Positions 20,792-30,126 of a stretch of 64,000 nt of DNA are shown here, one piece after another (the first letter of the stretch is position 1; each line of letters begins with the position of its first letter). Both the position numbers and the translations under genes were made by a program. Under the pieces are notes generated by a model. The model was not told the DNA's origin. It saw only the letters and a list, made by a program, of their open reading frames with translations, and searched no databases. Origin of the DNA: a virus; the IMG/VR virus record IMGVR_UViG_3300047476_000577, positions 40,247 through 104,246 of that record; one strand, given 5' to 3'.

Positions 20792-21019
20792 TTAGCTCCA
20801 CCTTAATAAAAATAGCAGCATATCAGATTCTTCTTTGAACTTGATCCAGCCACCGTGACTATCCCATCCGCTGTGCACGCCAGTATCCGGGTCTGTCCCA
20901 GGATGCCCAAATGTATCCCATAGCCAGCCGTATACACTAAGAAACTCTTTTCCTTGAGGACTATAATACCATTCCCACTTATAATCTCTGTCAGGCCTGT
21001 GCTTAAATTTTATGTCCAT
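20792..21019 (-). CDS. FxL[RK]W-tail family member
   Basis: WLWDTFG...MLLFLLRWS. Confidence 0.7.
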   Translation of the reverse strand: MDIKFKHRPDRDYKWEWYYSPQGKEFLSVYGWLWDTFGHPGTDPDTGVHSGWDSHGGWIKFKEESDMLLFLLRWS

Positions 21020-21209
21020 TACAATGTCCCCATTTTAGCGTAAACATTAGCGCATCTCGTTCTTCTAAGCAAACATATATGTATGCTTGTCCTATTTGCC
21101 ACAGGCCCCAGTTTGTTTCGTCTACGTAACCAGGGCAATGGTCATTGATCCACATAAGTTGATCGTGCCACGTAGTAGGACAAGTAATCTCAACACGATT
21201 CATAACCAC
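21003..21209 (-). CDS. FxL[RK]W-tail family member
   Basis: DALMFTLKWG. Confidence 0.7.
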   Translation of the reverse strand: MVMNRVEITCPTTWHDQLMWINDHCPGYVDETNWGLWQIGQAYIYVCLEERDALMFTLKWGHCNGHKI

Positions 21210-21472
21210 CGTAGCTTGAACATTACTGCTTCGTTGTCGTCTTTGATGCTAACAGTATACATAGGATCTCCGCTGTTAAAGCGATGCGTACAGTCTGCTG
21301 TTGGACAATTTGTCTCCATCCACATTTCAAACTCTCTGTCGTCTGCGGGATATACCCAGCAGGTCCAACTACGAGGCGGCACCATCGGCCATTGAGACCC
21401 GGGGTTGATTGGATCTACACCATTATGGAATTCCCAATGATGCACTATAGTTTTTCTCATCAAGCAGCCCAC
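21200..21472 (-). CDS. FxL[RK]W-tail family member
   Basis: WMETNCP...EAVMFKLRWL. Confidence 0.7.
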   Translation of the reverse strand: MGCLMRKTIVHHWEFHNGVDPINPGSQWPMVPPRSWTCWVYPADDREFEMWMETNCPTADCTHRFNSGDPMYTVSIKDDNEAVMFKLRWL

Positions 21473-21732
21473 CTTAATCTAAATAGCATAATACTTTCTT
21501 TACTGTCGAGCAACCACCTGTCATATGCAACTCTTTTACCGCATCCAGTTGTTTTTACCCAAGCGTCAATTTCTTCAGCTTGCTCGTCCGTTAGCTCAAC
21601 AAAAGAGTTCCATACCTTACTATACAGACCGTGATATGTTATGGCCTGTTTGACCCATATTTTCCTGCGTAACAGTTTAAATGTAAAACGACTCACGCCT
21701 TGCCCTTGCCGCCGTAGTTTAGTTTTTCCCAA
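21460..21732 (-). CDS. FxL[RK]W-tail family member
   Basis: IMLFRLRWAA. Confidence 0.7.
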   Translation of the reverse strand: MGKTKLRRQGQGVSRFTFKLLRRKIWVKQAITYHGLYSKVWNSFVELTDEQAEEIDAWVKTTGCGKRVAYDRWLLDSKESIMLFRLRWAA

Positions 21733-22151
21733 AACTCAAACTTGTGTTCTGCTTCTTCCCGCAACTTCTTTTCGTGCTCTGCAATACGGCGTGCCCTGCC
21801 TTCTTCCATTTTAGCAGTTTCTAATGTTTGTTGCACATCTGCAATAAAGCTAACAAGACTTGTAGTAGACAACCGGTTTATTTCTTTGTTCAAGTTATAA
21901 ATTTCAGTGTCCTTGTCGTCTATATCTCGTTTGTAATAGTCAATGTCATCTCTAAGTTTGCGGATATAGTCAGCAGGATACAAGTGTTCCCACTCGTATT
22001 CGAATGTACAGTCTACTGGATCCATTCCTGCTTCTTCTAACTCTACACGAATAGTATCATCGTTAATGATAGCAAGTAGGCGCCGAATGACAGGGTCAGT
22101 TGACTCTAAGTCAAGTTGGTTGATAAACTCTTTGTTGCTTAGTCCGAGCAT
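21693..22151 (-). CDS. Coiled-coil hypothetical protein
   Basis: Heptad-like charged C-terminal half. Confidence 0.6.
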   Translation of the reverse strand: MLGLSNKEFINQLDLESTDPVIRRLLAIINDDTIRVELEEAGMDPVDCTFEYEWEHLYPADYIRKLRDDIDYYKRDIDDKDTEIYNLNKEINRLSTTSLVSFIADVQQTLETAKMEEGRARRIAEHEKKLREEAEHKFEFWEKLNYGGKGKA

Positions 22152-22501
22152 TAGTGTTTCCCCCAGCGTAATACAAAGTTAAAATAATCTTCTTGGTCGC
22201 GAATAAGAATACTGTTTTCAAATTTGTGCCACCAACGACTCCACGCATCGGGGCGTTTGGGGTGCGGCCCGAATTGTTCTTCGCACCACTTGTCTACTGC
22301 AAAATAATCAGCAGGATCAAATTCTGCCTGATACCAGTTCCTGCTGAACTTGTATTTTGGTTCTTGCTGATTAAGTTTTATTTGCATTTCTTTAAGTATC
22401 TTATTTGCCAGGCGTTGAATCTCATCTAACAGTTGTTGGTCCAATGGCGGTATAGTTTGCCAGGCGTACATACTGTTAATGTCTAAATCTATGTGTTGCA
22501 T
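22151..22501 (-). CDS. FxL[RK]W-tail family member
   Basis: WCEEQFGP...YFNFVLRWG. Confidence 0.7.
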   Translation of the reverse strand: MQHIDLDINSMYAWQTIPPLDQQLLDEIQRLANKILKEMQIKLNQQEPKYKFSRNWYQAEFDPADYFAVDKWCEEQFGPHPKRPDAWSRWWHKFENSILIRDQEDYFNFVLRWGKH

Positions 22502-22719
22502 TATACACCTTGTGCAAGTTTAAACAAAAACATATCGTGCTCGTCTTTGAAGCAAAATGTAATATAGCAAGCATCGTATCCGCTGTACAATACCTTGCAG
22601 GATTCTTTTGGCATATTAATTTTGATCCAGTTACAGTAGTCATCAACTGTTGCAACTTTCTTACCATTTGTCTTGACAGATAGTTGATACGGCCAATATT
22701 TTTTGTTAAGCACTCGCAT
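22501..22719 (-). CDS. FxL[RK]W-tail family member
   Basis: FKDEHDMFLFKLAQ. Confidence 0.65.
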   Translation of the reverse strand: MRVLNKKYWPYQLSVKTNGKKVATVDDYCNWIKINMPKESCKVLYSGYDACYITFCFKDEHDMFLFKLAQGV

Positions 22720-22954
22720 TGCTATATCTCAATTTAAAAATTAAATATGCTTCTCGATCAAGTAATTCAAAGCCTGCTAAGTTGTCGCCTACATACCAAC
22801 AGCGAACGCCACTTTCCTTGAGTAGATCTATAGTTGATATTTTAGCATAGTTAGGATTAGTTTTGTATCGCTTAGTAACCAAAGCAATGAACTCATCACG
22901 AGCTTTGAACTGCTCGTATATGCTACAATTTTTTGGGATTAAACTTATTGCCAT
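22706..22954 (-). CDS. FxL[RK]W-tail family member
   Basis: AYLIFKLRYS. Confidence 0.65.
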   Translation of the reverse strand: MAISLIPKNCSIYEQFKARDEFIALVTKRYKTNPNYAKISTIDLLKESGVRCWYVGDNLAGFELLDREAYLIFKLRYSNASA

Positions 22955-23250
22955 CGCAGTAAAAACATTAATAAATCATCGTGGTCGCGAAACCAAAACG
23001 AACTGTTGTTAACAAACCACCTGTCTGACGAAGCAGGCCATTCATTGAGTGGGCGTTTTCCAAAAGTACTGTAGCACCAGTCTTCCAATTTCAACCAGTC
23101 ACGCTGTAATTCTTGTTTACTGACCCCGTACGGCACCCACCAGTTTGTACCGCTAATGTAACTTACATTAGCAACATAATACCTTGCACCGTTTAATCGT
23201 TTTTCTTCTGTAGTGAATGTTAAATTCATTAGCTCCACTTCAGCTTCCAT
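22945..23250 (-). CDS. FxL[RK]W-tail family member
   Basis: WCYSTFG...FWFRDHDDLLMFLLRWQ. Confidence 0.7.
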   Translation of the reverse strand: MEAEVELMNLTFTTEEKRLNGARYYVANVSYISGTNWWVPYGVSKQELQRDWLKLEDWCYSTFGKRPLNEWPASSDRWFVNNSSFWFRDHDDLLMFLLRWQ

Positions 23251-23489
23251 AACATAAAAGCCTCGGGCTCGACAACTTCGATTTGGTTGATTTTATAACC
23301 TGCTTGGGTACCTTTAATCTCAACTTCAAAGTCCAATTTAAGACCTGCTTCTTGTTCAAGATAATATTTAAAAGCACGAACGAGGTTAGCATTGCCAATG
23401 TTATATTGCCAGTTTGGATCCCAGGCATCGTAGCAGTTGTTTAGCTGATTTTTAATTTCTTTTTGATCAACGGTAATCATTGTGCCCAC
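23229..23489 (-). CDS. FxL[RK]W-tail family member
   Basis: AFMLWKLKWS. Confidence 0.65.
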   Translation of the reverse strand: MGTMITVDQKEIKNQLNNCYDAWDPNWQYNIGNANLVRAFKYYLEQEAGLKLDFEVEIKGTQAGYKINQIEVVEPEAFMLWKLKWS

Positions 23490-23665
23490 CTTAGTGCAAA
23501 TAGTAACGCATCTTCTTGTTTATCGAAATTAAATGTAACGTGTTGGATTTTATTAACTACTTCCCAAGTCCGGTTAACGAGATTCATATCGTGTTCAGCC
23601 GCCCGATCTGAGCGAGCAGTGCACTCTACTATGTTGTTACATTTAACAGTTACAGGATACATCAT
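23477..23665 (-). CDS. FxL[RK]W-tail family member
   Basis: FNFDKQEDALLFALRWAQ. Confidence 0.7.
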   Translation of the reverse strand: MMYPVTVKCNNIVECTARSDRAAEHDMNLVNRTWEVVNKIQHVTFNFDKQEDALLFALRWAQ

Positions 23666-23892
23666 ACGTACCTCAATTCAAACATCATTGCATCTTCTGC
23701 TTTTTCAAACCAAAAATCCAATCTAGTACCTTGACTGTGGATTTGATAACTATAGCTGCCGCTCCATTCTGTAATTTCGTCTGCCAGGTCTCTGCGATTT
23801 CCAATTAATTCCAATCTTGTTGTAGGCCAAATAGTATGACCCTCGGGCAAAAATGTAGCCACTCTAAAGTTATGATTCTCTTTAATTGGCAT
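23662..23892 (-). CDS. FxL[RK]W-tail family member
   Basis: FWFEKAEDAMMFELRYV. Confidence 0.7.
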   Translation of the reverse strand: MPIKENHNFRVATFLPEGHTIWPTTRLELIGNRRDLADEITEWSGSYSYQIHSQGTRLDFWFEKAEDAMMFELRYV

Positions 23893-24178
23893 CTGGCAAG
23901 CCCGGAAACTTTAATGCAAACATCAGCTTTGACTCTTCGCTGTCGAAGGTAATCAGCCTTGCTGGTGTTTTGTACTGGTCCCAATAGCCTTCTTCTCTTG
24001 CCTCAAACTCCCACATATTGACATTATACTTTTCTCGTATGTAGTCACCTAAGTGGCTTAGTTCCTTTGTCTTATTGAAGTTAAACTCGTCAAACAAAGT
24101 CGTCTGGCACTTGCCCCAATACTCGGGTGCATCTTCCCAGCGATATGTTAGCTTAACAGCAGTAAGAAATGTAGTCAT
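23882..24178 (-). CDS. FxL[RK]W-tail family member
   Basis: ITFDSEESKLMFALKFP. Confidence 0.65.
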   Translation of the reverse strand: MTTFLTAVKLTYRWEDAPEYWGKCQTTLFDEFNFNKTKELSHLGDYIREKYNVNMWEFEAREEGYWDQYKTPARLITFDSEESKLMFALKFPGLPDAN

Positions 24179-24229
24179 AAGAAAAGGCTATTTCACATAG
24201 CCTTATTATAATACATTTTGAATTATTGG

Positions 24230-24631
24230 TCAACTATAGAGCAGTTTCATTACCATAGCAGCTTCTTTGTGTTTATTTCTTATTTTTATAAGCACTCGGT
24301 CTTTAGCTGTCATTTCTTGCTCGTATCCGGGTGTAATCATAGTATCTGTAATAATATGTTTCCATTCCCAATCCCAACCTTGCTTGCCTATGTTTTTCTC
24401 TAACCAAGGGCGATAGTGATCATTTGGATCACTCGATTCAGCAGATACTTTCGACCCATCGGGGTCTTCGTGTAATACTACCCAACCAGTAGGCCACGGT
24501 AAAGTAATTTCAACACCGGGCACAGTAGCCCACCATAGAGCTTGTTTTAAGCCTGTTCTTTTATTTAATTCCCATTTAGCCATATCAATCTTATTCATTG
24601 GTCTCAAAAAGGCTGCGCCGTTAAAGCTCAT
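24230..24631 (-). CDS. FxL[RK]W-tail family member (divergent)
   Basis: WLEKNIGKQ...AAMVMKLLYS. Confidence 0.6.
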   Translation of the reverse strand: MSFNGAAFLRPMNKIDMAKWELNKRTGLKQALWWATVPGVEITLPWPTGWVVLHEDPDGSKVSAESSDPNDHYRPWLEKNIGKQGWDWEWKHIITDTMITPGYEQEMTAKDRVLIKIRNKHKEAAMVMKLLYS

Positions 24632-24868
24632 TTATTTGCCCCACACTAGCTCTAACAACATTAATAATTCGTCTCGAACCCAATATCTTGCTCTCATACG
24701 ATGGCCTTCAGTTTTCCACCAGTCTGGATTTTGTTCTTCAATCCAATCTCCGCATATATACCTTGTCTCTAATAGAGTCCACTTGATTCCATCGGAGTCT
24801 GTGTAAGGGTTGATATAGTTGCGGTCCGACTCTTTACGGAAGTTTCCTTCTTCTGCCCTCACGGCCAC
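24632..24868 (-). CDS. FxL[RK]W-tail family member (divergent)
   Basis: LLMLLELVWGK. Confidence 0.6.
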   Translation of the reverse strand: MAVRAEEGNFRKESDRNYINPYTDSDGIKWTLLETRYICGDWIEEQNPDWWKTEGHRMRARYWVRDELLMLLELVWGK

Positions 24869-25224
24869 CTCAATACGAACAGCATAGCATCTTCTTTACG
24901 CTTAAATGCAAACTTGTTGCCATAGTTGCGCCAGTAGCGACCGTGAGAAATATTTTCCCAGCACCAGCGTTCCATATCAAGAATAGGTATTAATCCTGAA
25001 GGAGTATGTTGATATGGCCAGTAAGTTTTATTATGCCCTTGAAACAGCCAATCATTCTTATAAGAAAAAAAGTCGCCTGTATTACCCATTGGTTGTACTC
25101 CTGCAATAGAATGTGCCATCAAGTTAGGCAATGATTTTCTAAGCATCGAAATTAAAACTTGTTGAGCAGCTTGTGTTACTGACAGGGCCGTTTTACTATC
25201 ATATATTTCCGTCATTAAGACCAC
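24859..25224 (-). CDS. FxL[RK]W-tail protein fused to a gp23 Gol-like peptide
   Basis: LISMLRKSLPNLMAHSIAGVQPMGNTG plus FAFKRKEDAMLFVLRWP. Confidence 0.75.
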   Translation of the reverse strand: MVLMTEIYDSKTALSVTQAAQQVLISMLRKSLPNLMAHSIAGVQPMGNTGDFFSYKNDWLFQGHNKTYWPYQHTPSGLIPILDMERWCWENISHGRYWRNYGNKFAFKRKEDAMLFVLRWP

Positions 25225-25439
25225 CTCATAACAAATAGCATTAAGTCTTTCCTGTCTTCAAAGCACACTTCTCCGTAAACAATACAATCCTTCCATCGCT
25301 CACCGGGAGGCCCGAAAGAATCGTTGCACCACTGTTTCATAGCCACTACTTCATCCACTTTATGCGGCGTGGGAAAAGCAGCAACAGCCCATCCTTCATT
25401 CCAATATTCATCGTAGGTATGTATTACCATCACGCCCAC
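25215..25439 (-). CDS. FxL[RK]W-tail family member
   Basis: WCNDSFGP...FEDRKDLMLFVMRWS. Confidence 0.7.
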   Translation of the reverse strand: MGVMVIHTYDEYWNEGWAVAAFPTPHKVDEVVAMKQWCNDSFGPPGERWKDCIVYGEVCFEDRKDLMLFVMRWS

Positions 25440-25831
25440 CTTAGCTTAAAGTTGAAAGCATCAAGTTCGTCTTTAAATCCAACAAAGTAGTAGTCCCCAC
25501 CGCCGATTTCATTTACAGTCCACTCGCCCCAATAGTCTTTTATTACCCTGAGGGCATCAAATCTAAACTTGCCTTGACAGTTTTCTTCGCACCATTCTAC
25601 AATTTCTCTGCTACCATCATATGCCATATCCCACCAGTAGATTTGATGAGTGCGATTCTCAAAACAGTGTAAGTAAGGGTAGCCGTGGAAATAGTCCTTG
25701 ACTCTAGTAGCCCTGATATTATAGTCAGGATCATAGTATCTATCGTACTGTGCTTGTGTTTTAAAGCCTTCCTTATGTAACATCCGTTGATGTTTCCAGG
25801 CCTTAAACTTTGCTAATAGATTAGATATCAC
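25430..25831 (-). CDS. FxL[RK]W-tail family member
   Basis: WCEENC...FKDELDAFNFKLRWA. Confidence 0.7.
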   Translation of the reverse strand: MISNLLAKFKAWKHQRMLHKEGFKTQAQYDRYYDPDYNIRATRVKDYFHGYPYLHCFENRTHQIYWWDMAYDGSREIVEWCEENCQGKFRFDALRVIKDYWGEWTVNEIGGGDYYFVGFKDELDAFNFKLRWA

Positions 25832-26063
25832 TGCCGCCCCAGGTTAACTTAAACATAACAGCGGCATCATACCACTCGAATTGGACAACATCGTAGTCTC
25901 GTCTATAGACTTCTTTCCACTCTGTGTGCCAACGACGAAAGTATTTCCCTTCGTCATCAAAAGCCTCGCACCACTTGTACATTTCTGTAGTGCATTTTGA
26001 AATCTTTATTCTGTATCTAAATACAGGGCGATTGTTTCCGCCTTCTGAATAAAAATATTCCAT
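25821..26063 (-). CDS. FxL[RK]W-tail family member
   Basis: WCEAF...AAVMFKLTWG. Confidence 0.7.
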   Translation of the reverse strand: MEYFYSEGGNNRPVFRYRIKISKCTTEMYKWCEAFDDEGKYFRRWHTEWKEVYRRDYDVVQFEWYDAAVMFKLTWGGSDI

Positions 26064-26260
26064 CTTATTCGGCGGAGTTCAAGTCCCTGTACTCTTCGTC
26101 GGAGAATTGATCCTTGTAGTATGCAATAAACTCAGACAATTCTGCATACAGCTCTAATATAGCTTCTTTGTCTGCATAAAGAATATATTCGCTTTCTCCT
26201 ATATTCTTTAAGCCCAGTTCACCGCCGCCTACCCATTTTAAACGGGGAGAAGTGAGCCTG

Positions 26261-26794
26261 TTATTCGTCGAGCTCATAAGGTTCATCTTCCTCTTGTTCA
26301 AGCATACCGCGGGCTTCTGCGTGTTCGTTGCACAGAGTTTTAATCCAGCCGCCGCCGCGACGAATGCCCCTATTGCCACAGTCTTCGCAAGTTACGCCAG
26401 ACATATGTTCTGCCATATCAATTAGTGCACGATTAGCATCAGTAGTCTTGTGCACATAAAAACGCAAAGTTCCGAACTTTTCTTTAACTTGTTGGATGAC
26501 TGGCAAGCGTTCTAGTTCAATGTCGTATGCTTCTTTTAGTTTGGCAACGTCTTCTTCTGTCCAAGGAACTTCGACACGTGCATTAGTCTCTCGATCCCAG
26601 GTTACTTTCATTGCACCTAGGTCAAACTGCTTAACTGCATATTCGTAACGATCTCTGGTCATACGAACAGGATGCACAAAGCCTGCTAGCAGTGCGTCAA
26701 TGATATTGTACCAGCCACCGCCGTGTTCGCAGTACCACTTCTTGCCTAGCTCAGGATAGTCTTCGTAAAGTTTGTTCTGTAGCTCTTCTTGCAT
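26261..26794 (-). CDS. Conserved phage protein with KEKFG.LRFY and Zn-ribbon
   Basis: GGWYNIID, QVKEKFGTLRFY, CEDCG..GGWIKTLC; paralogue at 36804..37319. Confidence 0.7.
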   Translation of the reverse strand: MQEELQNKLYEDYPELGKKWYCEHGGGWYNIIDALLAGFVHPVRMTRDRYEYAVKQFDLGAMKVTWDRETNARVEVPWTEEDVAKLKEAYDIELERLPVIQQVKEKFGTLRFYVHKTTDANRALIDMAEHMSGVTCEDCGNRGIRRGGGWIKTLCNEHAEARGMLEQEEDEPYELDE

Positions 26795-27406
26795 ATTAAT
26801 CTCTTATAAATTTTGATTCTATGTATGCTGACATTCGTTTGTCATTGGCAGACATCCATATAGTAACACCGTCTGGGTGTCCTAGTAACTCATTATTAAT
26901 TTCTGGAAACTTAGTCAAGAACATTTTTCCTAATCTAATGTTGCCGTCTTTTAATTTCTCTACAAAAAACCAATTGACAAAATCGTCAAACTGTTTCCGT
27001 GTTATCTTCGTATACATTGCCGAATACTTCTATAATCATCTGTTGCACTTCTGCTAACGACACATTCGGCCTAGAGCTTAGTGAAAGAAAGTCGTCGTCG
27101 TTAGCTTTACTAGGGTGCAATTTATCTACAATACGGCCTGCTAGAGTGAGTAACATAGTGTTAGGGCTTGCAAACTCGTCTAACTGTAGCTTGTGCTTTT
27201 TAGGCAAATCGCTTTCCACCTTTGCATAATAGCCAATTACAGCGTTAGCGGCGTGTGCAGTAATATATTGCCCGTGACTTGCCATTAAGATAGCTAACAG
27301 CATTCGCTTGGGCATAACAGAATCTCCCCAAACAAACCATTCACCGTTAACGTGAACAGGCCGTTTGGAGAACATACTCATTAGCACAGCATTTTGGATT
27401 TCTTCT

Positions 27407-28000
27407 TCAGTAAGCATTGTCGAACTGGTAGATTTTTTCAAATTGAGCAGTGCTAATACTCTTGGCACACTGCTTAAAAGTTTCTGGATCCATTTCATAG
27501 CCATACATTGTATATTTTGCCCAGCGGTTAATAAAGCTATCGGCTACGAACTTGTCGCACGTTAGTTTCCTTGCTCCGATATCTGCAATAGCACGAGGCA
27601 AAGTAACAAAGTTGCCACGGCCATCGGTTGCAATCTTACATACACTGAAGTCAAAACTGTCAAACACTTCCTGTACTGTTTTGAAGTTTTGCTTTTTAAT
27701 TAGCTGGACTTTATGCAGGATAGGATCATATTCTGTTTTCTCAGATAGACGCAGTGTGACAGCATTTTCACTATCATAAGTGACAATAGTATCATCTTCT
27801 AGCTTGAGCCGGTGCTTGGTAGCATCTCTAGAAAATGAATCTCTAAAGTATACGTCAATGTCGTTAACAGGTGTCTTAGTGTATAAACTAAGAGCAGCAC
27901 CTCCGCATATCCACGGCCCTCGTTCAATGTCTAGCTCGAGTAAACCGATGATGTGCTGATTAGGATACTTTCTGTCAGTAAGCCCGTTAATGCGTAGCAT
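27407..28000 (-). CDS. Nucleotidyltransferase (poly(A) polymerase/CCA-enzyme head-like)
   Basis: ICGGA..NDIDVYF and FDFSVC. Confidence 0.7.
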   Translation of the reverse strand: MLRINGLTDRKYPNQHIIGLLELDIERGPWICGGAALSLYTKTPVNDIDVYFRDSFSRDATKHRLKLEDDTIVTYDSENAVTLRLSEKTEYDPILHKVQLIKKQNFKTVQEVFDSFDFSVCKIATDGRGNFVTLPRAIADIGARKLTCDKFVADSFINRWAKYTMYGYEMDPETFKQCAKSISTAQFEKIYQFDNAY

Positions 28001-28429
28001 TTTTAGTTTGCAAATTGACTGAAACGTTCGCGAATGAATTTAAAAGTTTTACGTTCGGTGTCGAACACAAACTCTTCCTCGCCCTCGTCTGTATGTACTG
28101 CAACCACAAAGCCATTCTTAACACGGCGAATTTCGATTGATTCTAACATATTTTTCCTATTGTGAAGTTAAGTTAAATTATAGCAGGACGTGATTGATTA
28201 ATCAAGCGCAACGTCTTTCATCGGACGTCTACCTGTCCAGTGATCTTTGGTAATACATAGCCCTCGGTGCTTAACACCCATTGCTCCTGCATCTAAATCT
28301 AAATTCGGCACACTTCGTTGCACAGCAACGCAATCTGCTTTAGACTTGAATTCGTAGTCAACGACTTGTTTGTCAATAAAGTCCCCGCCCGGGGTATACA
28401 TTGCAATTAGTAAGAGCCAAGTATTCATA

Positions 28430-28990
28430 TTAAACGTCCATAGCGCATTGATGTTGTTCTTCGTCCGAGCAGTGACACAATGTGTCAAAGTCGTTAAACA
28501 ATTCCATACGATAGGGGCAAGGATGCCCTTCGTCTTCTACCTCAAGGGTATAAGCATCTACAATACGGATAACCTTTACAGGCTTGTATTCTTCAAACAA
28601 TGCAGAGATATCGAACTGGAATCGTTCACGCATCTTAGCCAAAGTCTCATCAGGCACATTATGCACACTTCCGAAATCGTTCTGTGCAACAATTACTTGA
28701 GGCACAATGCCAAACTCTTGAGCCATAGCAAAGTACGGACGCAATTCTTTAGCAGTAGTAAAGGTGTTGGTTACTACAACGCTCTTGCCGTCGCGAAGTG
28801 CGCTACGAGTGCGCTCTTGGCACCACTCGTGAGCACGACCTAACTTAGAAGCATCAAACTTGTATTCACCTTCTACAATGAAATACTGGTCAGCTTCGTA
28901 GTGGCGATCCACTGCAACAGCCAACAGCTTCTGTGCTAAAGTGCTCTTGCCAGAGCCAGGCATTCCGCGAATAATAATCAAACGAGACAT
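28430..28990 (-). CDS. P-loop polynucleotide-kinase-like protein (AAA_33)
   Basis: RGMPGSGKST, EADQYF, VTNTF, HNVP. Confidence 0.85.
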   Translation of the reverse strand: MSRLIIIRGMPGSGKSTLAQKLLAVAVDRHYEADQYFIVEGEYKFDASKLGRAHEWCQERTRSALRDGKSVVVTNTFTTAKELRPYFAMAQEFGIVPQVIVAQNDFGSVHNVPDETLAKMRERFQFDISALFEEYKPVKVIRIVDAYTLEVEDEGHPCPYRMELFNDFDTLCHCSDEEQHQCAMDV

Positions 28991-28992
28991 AA

Positions 28993-29544
28993 TTATTCCT
29001 TGTGGTGATGCCCACGGATTTCTCCTTTGAGAGCATCGTTAATAACATCTTCCAAACGAGACACAACCTTACCAGTTGCGTCAAATGCAACATCGCGAAT
29101 ACGATACTGTTCCATTCCAGTCTTGCCGCCGTGAACGTGACCGTGCAAGTGTACAGCACCACGGTGCATTTGGTTCCATTCGTGAATTGGGTAGTGGAAC
29201 ATTACAACAAAAGTACCGTTATAGGTCATTTCGTAGTAAGGATGCACTTCGTCAAAACAAGCACGGAACGCAGGGTCACGCAAGTTCTTATGGTCGTGGT
29301 TACCGGCAATTAAAATCTTGCGACCATTTAAGCCTTGCAAGATTGCAGTTGCTCGTTCGACACGCCCGAACGCAACGTCACCTAAAATGTACACAGTGTC
29401 TTCTGGTTGTACATCACGGTTCCATTCGGCTACTAAGATACTGTTCATATGATCAGCATCTTTCATACCGTAACGAGTAACAGGGCAAAACTTAATAATG
29501 TTAGTATGGCTGAAATGCAAATCAGCAGTTACAAAATCTGTCAT
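28993..29544 (-). CDS. Calcineurin-like metallophosphoesterase
   Basis: DLHFSH, LGDV, GNHD, HYP, HGHVH. Confidence 0.9.
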   Translation of the reverse strand: MTDFVTADLHFSHTNIIKFCPVTRYGMKDADHMNSILVAEWNRDVQPEDTVYILGDVAFGRVERATAILQGLNGRKILIAGNHDHKNLRDPAFRACFDEVHPYYEMTYNGTFVVMFHYPIHEWNQMHRGAVHLHGHVHGGKTGMEQYRIRDVAFDATGKVVSRLEDVINDALKGEIRGHHHKE

Positions 29545-29556
29545 AATATTCTTTCT

Positions 29557-30072
29557 TCACTTGCTGATTTGCACACGTGCACGTTCCAGCAATGCAGGAT
29601 CACCTTTAGTCAGCACTTCCAACAGGAGCCTCTTTTCCTCGAGATACACTCGAGCAAACTCTGCATCGTGTTCTACAATACTGCGAGTATTGGAGATCAG
29701 ATCCGCCAGCTTGATGGTTTGGGCTTGGGCGGGTGCCATTGCAGTGTGCGCTCTGTCGATTGCCTTGCGGGTTGCTCGGTTACCTTGCTCTTTGCGTGAG
29801 ACATCAGTAAGCCATCCAACCAACTCGGCGACTTCTTCTCCGAATTCGGCTCGAACAATTTCAATCGTCACTCCCGTATCTTCAACTACATCGTGCATCC
29901 AAGCGGCGCACAGCATAGCAGGAGTATGGGGCACAGACTGCACAATACTCACCACCTCAGCAGGGTGCACAATGTACGGTTCGTTAGTATACTTGCGAAG
30001 TTGGGCGCAGGCAGCGTGAGCAGCCGTAGCAAACAAACGGGCTTTTTCTACTGTATGTGCATCCATTTCCAA
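29557..30072 (-). CDS. HD-domain hydrolase (RelA/SpoT hydrolase, MESH1-like)
   Basis: AH..Q.RK..EPYIVHP, HDVVEDT, IKLADLISN. Confidence 0.88.
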   Translation of the reverse strand: MEMDAHTVEKARLFATAAHAACAQLRKYTNEPYIVHPAEVVSIVQSVPHTPAMLCAAWMHDVVEDTGVTIEIVRAEFGEEVAELVGWLTDVSRKEQGNRATRKAIDRAHTAMAPAQAQTIKLADLISNTRSIVEHDAEFARVYLEEKRLLLEVLTKGDPALLERARVQISK

Positions 30073-30126
30073 CTCCTTATTTCTTACTATGTGTATATTA
30101 TAGCAGATGTTGAATTATTGAGCAAA

